Source: an uncultured virus (IMG/VR IMGVR_UViG_3300037189_011323)
Taxonomy: Duplodnaviria; Heunggongvirae; Uroviricota; Caudoviricetes
IMG/VR virus record: IMGVR_UViG_3300037189_011323
Span: 62,001-117,100 of that record
Length of the DNA: 55,100 bases
Strand: one strand, 5' to 3'
How positions within the stretch are numbered: the stretch's first letter is position 1; every line of letters starts with the position of its first letter. This document shows, piece after piece, positions 51,959 through 55,100 of this stretch. The notes under the pieces are model-generated. The model worked only from the letters and a program-made list of their open reading frames with translations. It did no database searches and was not told where the DNA came from. Position numbers and translations under genes: made by a program.

Positions 51959-52604
51959 CTTTGATTACCTCTGGCTTCCAATTCTTTTTCAATGGAACAA
52001 CATTGTTATCATTCTTTTTCTTGATTTCTACTTTATCAGGTTCTTGTTCCCATTGCAACCATTCAGCCCATTCAGCTTCATGATATACCATAACACTTTG
52101 ACCTTTTTGTTTTGTTAAAATATCAAATGTTGTGGGTGTTGGGCGAAACCACCAAGCAGGTTTATTCCAATTTTTCATGGCTAATTCTTCCATGAGTTCA
52201 TCTTCCATTGCCATGTCTTGATCTATATGAATACAAATATTATCGCTTTTGTCACAACTTAAATCAACATTTGTTAAACTTACACGACCTTGCCCCATAC
52301 TTAAAATTTTATACCAAGTTGTTACACCAATGCAATAATTGTTTGGTGCAAAGGGTAATGTAACTATTTTAGCATCTAATTTTTTATAAAGTGTTGGCAA
52401 AATTGGATTTCCAACCCATATAAAAATGCTATCTTGGTATAAATCTTTAATTAAGTGACGAATACGACCAAAAGCAGTTGCTTGGTCTTCGGGTGTTAAT
52501 GATTCATCATCAAATGTAATATTAATATTATAATTGCATGGCTCCATGATTTTAGCATAGCAATTAATTGCACTAAATTCGGCACTCCAACTGATTGTGC
52601 TCAT
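51945..52604 (-). CDS. hypothetical protein
   Basis: 219-aa coupled ORF. Confidence 0.7.
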   Translation of the reverse strand: MSTISWSAEFSAINCYAKIMEPCNYNINITFDDESLTPEDQATAFGRIRHLIKDLYQDSIFIWVGNPILPTLYKKLDAKIVTLPFAPNNYCIGVTTWYKILSMGQGRVSLTNVDLSCDKSDNICIHIDQDMAMEDELMEELAMKNWNKPAWWFRPTPTTFDILTKQKGQSVMVYHEAEWAEWLQWEQEPDKVEIKKKNDNNVVPLKKNWKPEVIKGDKS

Positions 52605-52834
52605 CCTACGTCCAAACTATCTTTAAAAATTGGGTTCTTTTTTGTAGCTTCTGCTTCTGCACGATAACGTTTGTTAATTTCTTCCTGGTAGGTATCAACA
52701 ACATTACGCATTTGCTGTATCATGACACCGTTGCCCATACGACCAAGCCATGCCATTTTCTTGTGTAAACCGTTAACTGTTTCTAAAAGTTCATCAAGTG
52801 TTTTGCCACTTAAATCACTCATAAGAGGATGCAT
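52601..52834 (-). CDS. hypothetical helical protein
   Basis: MHPLMSDLS start; coupled ORF. Confidence 0.7.
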   Translation of the reverse strand: MHPLMSDLSGKTLDELLETVNGLHKKMAWLGRMGNGVMIQQMRNVVDTYQEEINKRYRAEAEATKKNPIFKDSLDVG

Positions 52835-53250
52835 TATAGATCACCTTGTTTACGATTTTCACTATGCCAAGCATCAAATTTACCGCCTGGATAGCGTGAT
52901 TCTAACTTCTTAACATTTTCATTAATTACATCATTTGGGTCAAGACCAAGTGCGGTGCAAGCATTTACCCAATACCATATAATATCACCAAGTTCACGCT
53001 TCATATGAAATACATTTTCTTCATTAAGTGGTTTACCTTGAAAGAAAATCTTCTTAATAATTTCATTAAATTCGCCACTTTCGGCACTTAATCCCATGCC
53101 AGCAGTCAATAATAATGCGGGATTAATCTTGGTTTTGTCATCTTGATAATTGCTTAAATAGTCAAATCTGTCTAGAAAAGCATAATTGTGTTTACTTTCT
53201 TCACTGGTTACTACGGTAACAAATTCTTGGTAAAGTTTTAAATCAGTCAT
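52834..53250 (-). CDS. mazG: MazG-like NTP pyrophosphohydrolase
   Basis: GLSAESGEFNEIIKK, RELGDIIWY, NVKKLESRYP. Confidence 0.85.
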   Translation of the reverse strand: MTDLKLYQEFVTVVTSEESKHNYAFLDRFDYLSNYQDDKTKINPALLLTAGMGLSAESGEFNEIIKKIFFQGKPLNEENVFHMKRELGDIIWYWVNACTALGLDPNDVINENVKKLESRYPGGKFDAWHSENRKQGDL

Positions 53251-53256
53251 TAAAAT

Positions 53257-53295
53257 ACTCCTGATATAATATAGTTATTATTAAATCAGGAGTCA
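53257..53295 (-). promoter_or_regulatory. early promoter inside an SD-sequestering inverted repeat
   Basis: actcctgat 53257-53265 / atcaggagt 53285-53293; TTGACT overlaps the upstream arm, AGGAG SD lies in the downstream arm. Confidence 0.55.
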
Positions 53296-53298
53296 ATA

Positions 53299-54195
53299 TT
53301 AATTAGTGGCAGTTCTAAACCATCTATTTGCACTGTTTACGAAAGTAAATCCAATGTTACTATTACCACTTAAAGTAGTGGTATTGCCATTAATTGTATT
53401 TCCAGCAACAAGGAACATATTTGCAATAGAGACATTCGCACTTATGCTTAGTGACTGACCATCCATTGGATAACTTGGGAAAGTTACCTTAACATTTGCA
53501 AGAGCACCAGCGGCACCGTTATCAAGAATTAACTTGCTGATAACGCTTACGTTTGTGGTATTCGTGGAACTTGTTCCATTACTGACGTTAGAATAAAGAT
53601 AATCTGGATTTACACGAGCACGGCTTAGTGGGAAAATTGTGATTGTAACACCCGCATCATCACTAATAAACTCATACCAATAAATTCCTACACCACTTTG
53701 TGTGTAACCAATGCTATTATTAGTTTGATCATAATCTTGAAGATATTTTGTTCCAATACTTACCGCACTTGGTAAAATTAAACGGTGACTTGTGCTTGTA
53801 ACATTTAGCTTAAGACGAATACGACCAACTGTTCCTGCAGCAGGAAAGTTACTAAAAGCAAGTGTTACTGTTCCGTTAGTTTGAACTTTATGATAATGTC
53901 CACGGCTATGATCTAATGTGACGTTAGTAGAGATAATACCATTGTCATATTCTGTTTCACGAAAATCTTGAATTTGCGCACTGCTTAATAGTGTGCCGCC
54001 CATGTTGTTATTCAACGTTGTTCCACTTAAGGCACTTTTTACGATTGCTTTACTTTGTAAATCATCAAGTTCACTTTGCGCATAAGCAAAGTTATTCTTT
54101 ATGTTTGTAAAGTTATCACGAAAACCTTGACTATCGTTATCAACACCAGCTACAGGATAAGCAGAATTGATATTATTAGGGTTAATGTTACTCAT
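53299..54195 (-). CDS. probable virion structural (baseplate/tail) protein
   Basis: YPVAGVDNDSQGFRDNF N-terminus, Ser/Thr/Asn-rich beta regions; TAAATA at 54215-54220. Confidence 0.65.
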   Translation of the reverse strand: MSNINPNNINSAYPVAGVDNDSQGFRDNFTNIKNNFAYAQSELDDLQSKAIVKSALSGTTLNNNMGGTLLSSAQIQDFRETEYDNGIISTNVTLDHSRGHYHKVQTNGTVTLAFSNFPAAGTVGRIRLKLNVTSTSHRLILPSAVSIGTKYLQDYDQTNNSIGYTQSGVGIYWYEFISDDAGVTITIFPLSRARVNPDYLYSNVSNGTSSTNTTNVSVISKLILDNGAAGALANVKVTFPSYPMDGQSLSISANVSIANMFLVAGNTINGNTTTLSGNSNIGFTFVNSANRWFRTATN

Positions 54196-54221
54196 TTAAT
54201 GTTTCCAACAACTATATTTAT

Positions 54222-55100
54222 TTATGTAGCAGTTTCCAAGATATTTTGTAATGGGAACTTCAAGTAACTATCATTTGCAAATGGCAACTGATATTGATCT
54301 TGATTATTGATGAATTGTGTTTTTGTGTTATCAAATGTGGTTGGTGATTTCAATTGTAAAGTTTGAAAATTACCTTCTTCATATTTTGGCACAGTCTGAT
54401 TGCCAACACCAACATTTTTACTACTATACTGCCAAGTTTGACCAGCCTTTGCACCAAGTTGAACTAAAACAACATCGTTTAATGCAATTTCTTGAACAAA
54501 TGTTAATGATACTGTTCTATTAGATATGCTTATTTGCCAAACACCGCCACGTTTGTTTACCGTTGCAGAACCATTTTGAACTTCTGCATAACCTGGTATA
54601 ACCGCACCATTTTGATTCCAACCATCATTGTATAGTATTGGAAATTCTGTTGGATTATAGTTTTGTTGCGTGCTGAATACAACATACTTACCATCCCAAT
54701 CACCACTTTCATCACCATCCATACCGCCTATATCATTAATTTGGGTTATTGTAGAATTGTCTACATGATCAAATGGTATATCTAATGCATAACCAACGGT
54801 TGCTGTTGGTGTAATACTTAAAACATAACCAGTATCAAAAGTTGTATATTGTTTTGTATAAAAGAAACCAGTTGCAATGTCGTAATTTATATCTAGATTA
54901 TTATCAAAAATATAACGATCAGCAACAAATGGTACTAATTTAATATCATTTGGAACACCGTTCTTTAACAAATACAGCACACGCTCACCAGTGCCTGGTT
55001 TTAAATAAGCTAAAACTGCCGCAGTTTGAAATCCTAATATTCTACCATCATTTTGAATACTTGTTTCCCACTGTGGTAATGTATTGGTATTTGTTTCACC
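54222..55100 (-). CDS. probable baseplate wedge protein, C-terminal part (5' end outside window)
   Basis: Frame open to window end (LPQWETSIQ..LGFQTAAVLAYLKPG); DRYI, TTFD repeats, YLKFP. Confidence 0.55.
   Translation of the reverse strand, partial: GETNTNTLPQWETSIQNDGRILGFQTAAVLAYLKPGTGERVLYLLKNGVPNDIKLVPFVADRYIFDNNLDINYDIATGFFYTKQYTTFDTGYVLSITPTATVGYALDIPFDHVDNSTITQINDIGGMDGDESGDWDGKYVVFSTQQNYNPTEFPILYNDGWNQNGAVIPGYAEVQNGSATVNKRGGVWQISISNRTVSLTFVQEIALNDVVLVQLGAKAGQTWQYSSKNVGVGNQTVPKYEEGNFQTLQLKSPTTFDNTKTQFINNQDQYQLPFANDSYLKFPLQNILETAT

Noticed and set aside
51945..52604. Possible QueD/T-fold enzyme
   Set aside because: Only a vague secondary-structure resemblance; the HGH zinc motif and catalytic Glu pattern are absent.
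1..55100. Stop-codon reassignment, as seen in some jumbo phages
   Set aside because: The standard code gives near-complete coding density and full-length core genes.

Overview
A 55.1-kb segment of a large, AT-rich, T4-like/jumbo myovirus genome (probably aquatic; host possibly an alphaproteobacterium). Genes are densely packed and nearly all on the minus strand. No tRNA, rRNA or CRISPR array was seen. From left to right: sugar-modification genes (glycosyltransferase-like, DegT-family aminotransferase, NAD-dependent epimerase); thyA and DHFR; an early block with a MoxR-type AAA ATPase plus a VWA/HExxH protease and a 38-aa ArfA-like ribosome-rescue gene missing from the ORF track; RNase H, sliding clamp, family B DNA polymerase and a DsbA-like protein; then a roughly 17-kb late block. 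Many proteins in that block begin with T4-internal-protein-like leaders ending in Glu. Its centrepiece is a 2845-aa mosaic protein (HIGH nucleotidyltransferase, ParB-like, HiPIP-like, ADP-ribosyltransferase-like, two amidoligase domains and about 11 short repeats) whose domains are separated by (L/I/V)-x-E linkers resembling prohead-protease sites. Also present: two GIY-YIG homing endonucleases, ClpA-like ATPase, DnaJ, holin and spanins, PhoH, clamp loader, GroES, a DnaE fragment, MazG and baseplate-type genes. Most notable signals: (1) a probable capsid-packaged, protease-processed effector polyprotein system; (2) stop-codon hairpins whose loops are exactly antisense to the same gene's ribosome-binding site; (3) a phage ArfA-like protein without the regulatory tail. 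All family assignments come from motif recognition by eye and need HMM or structure confirmation.
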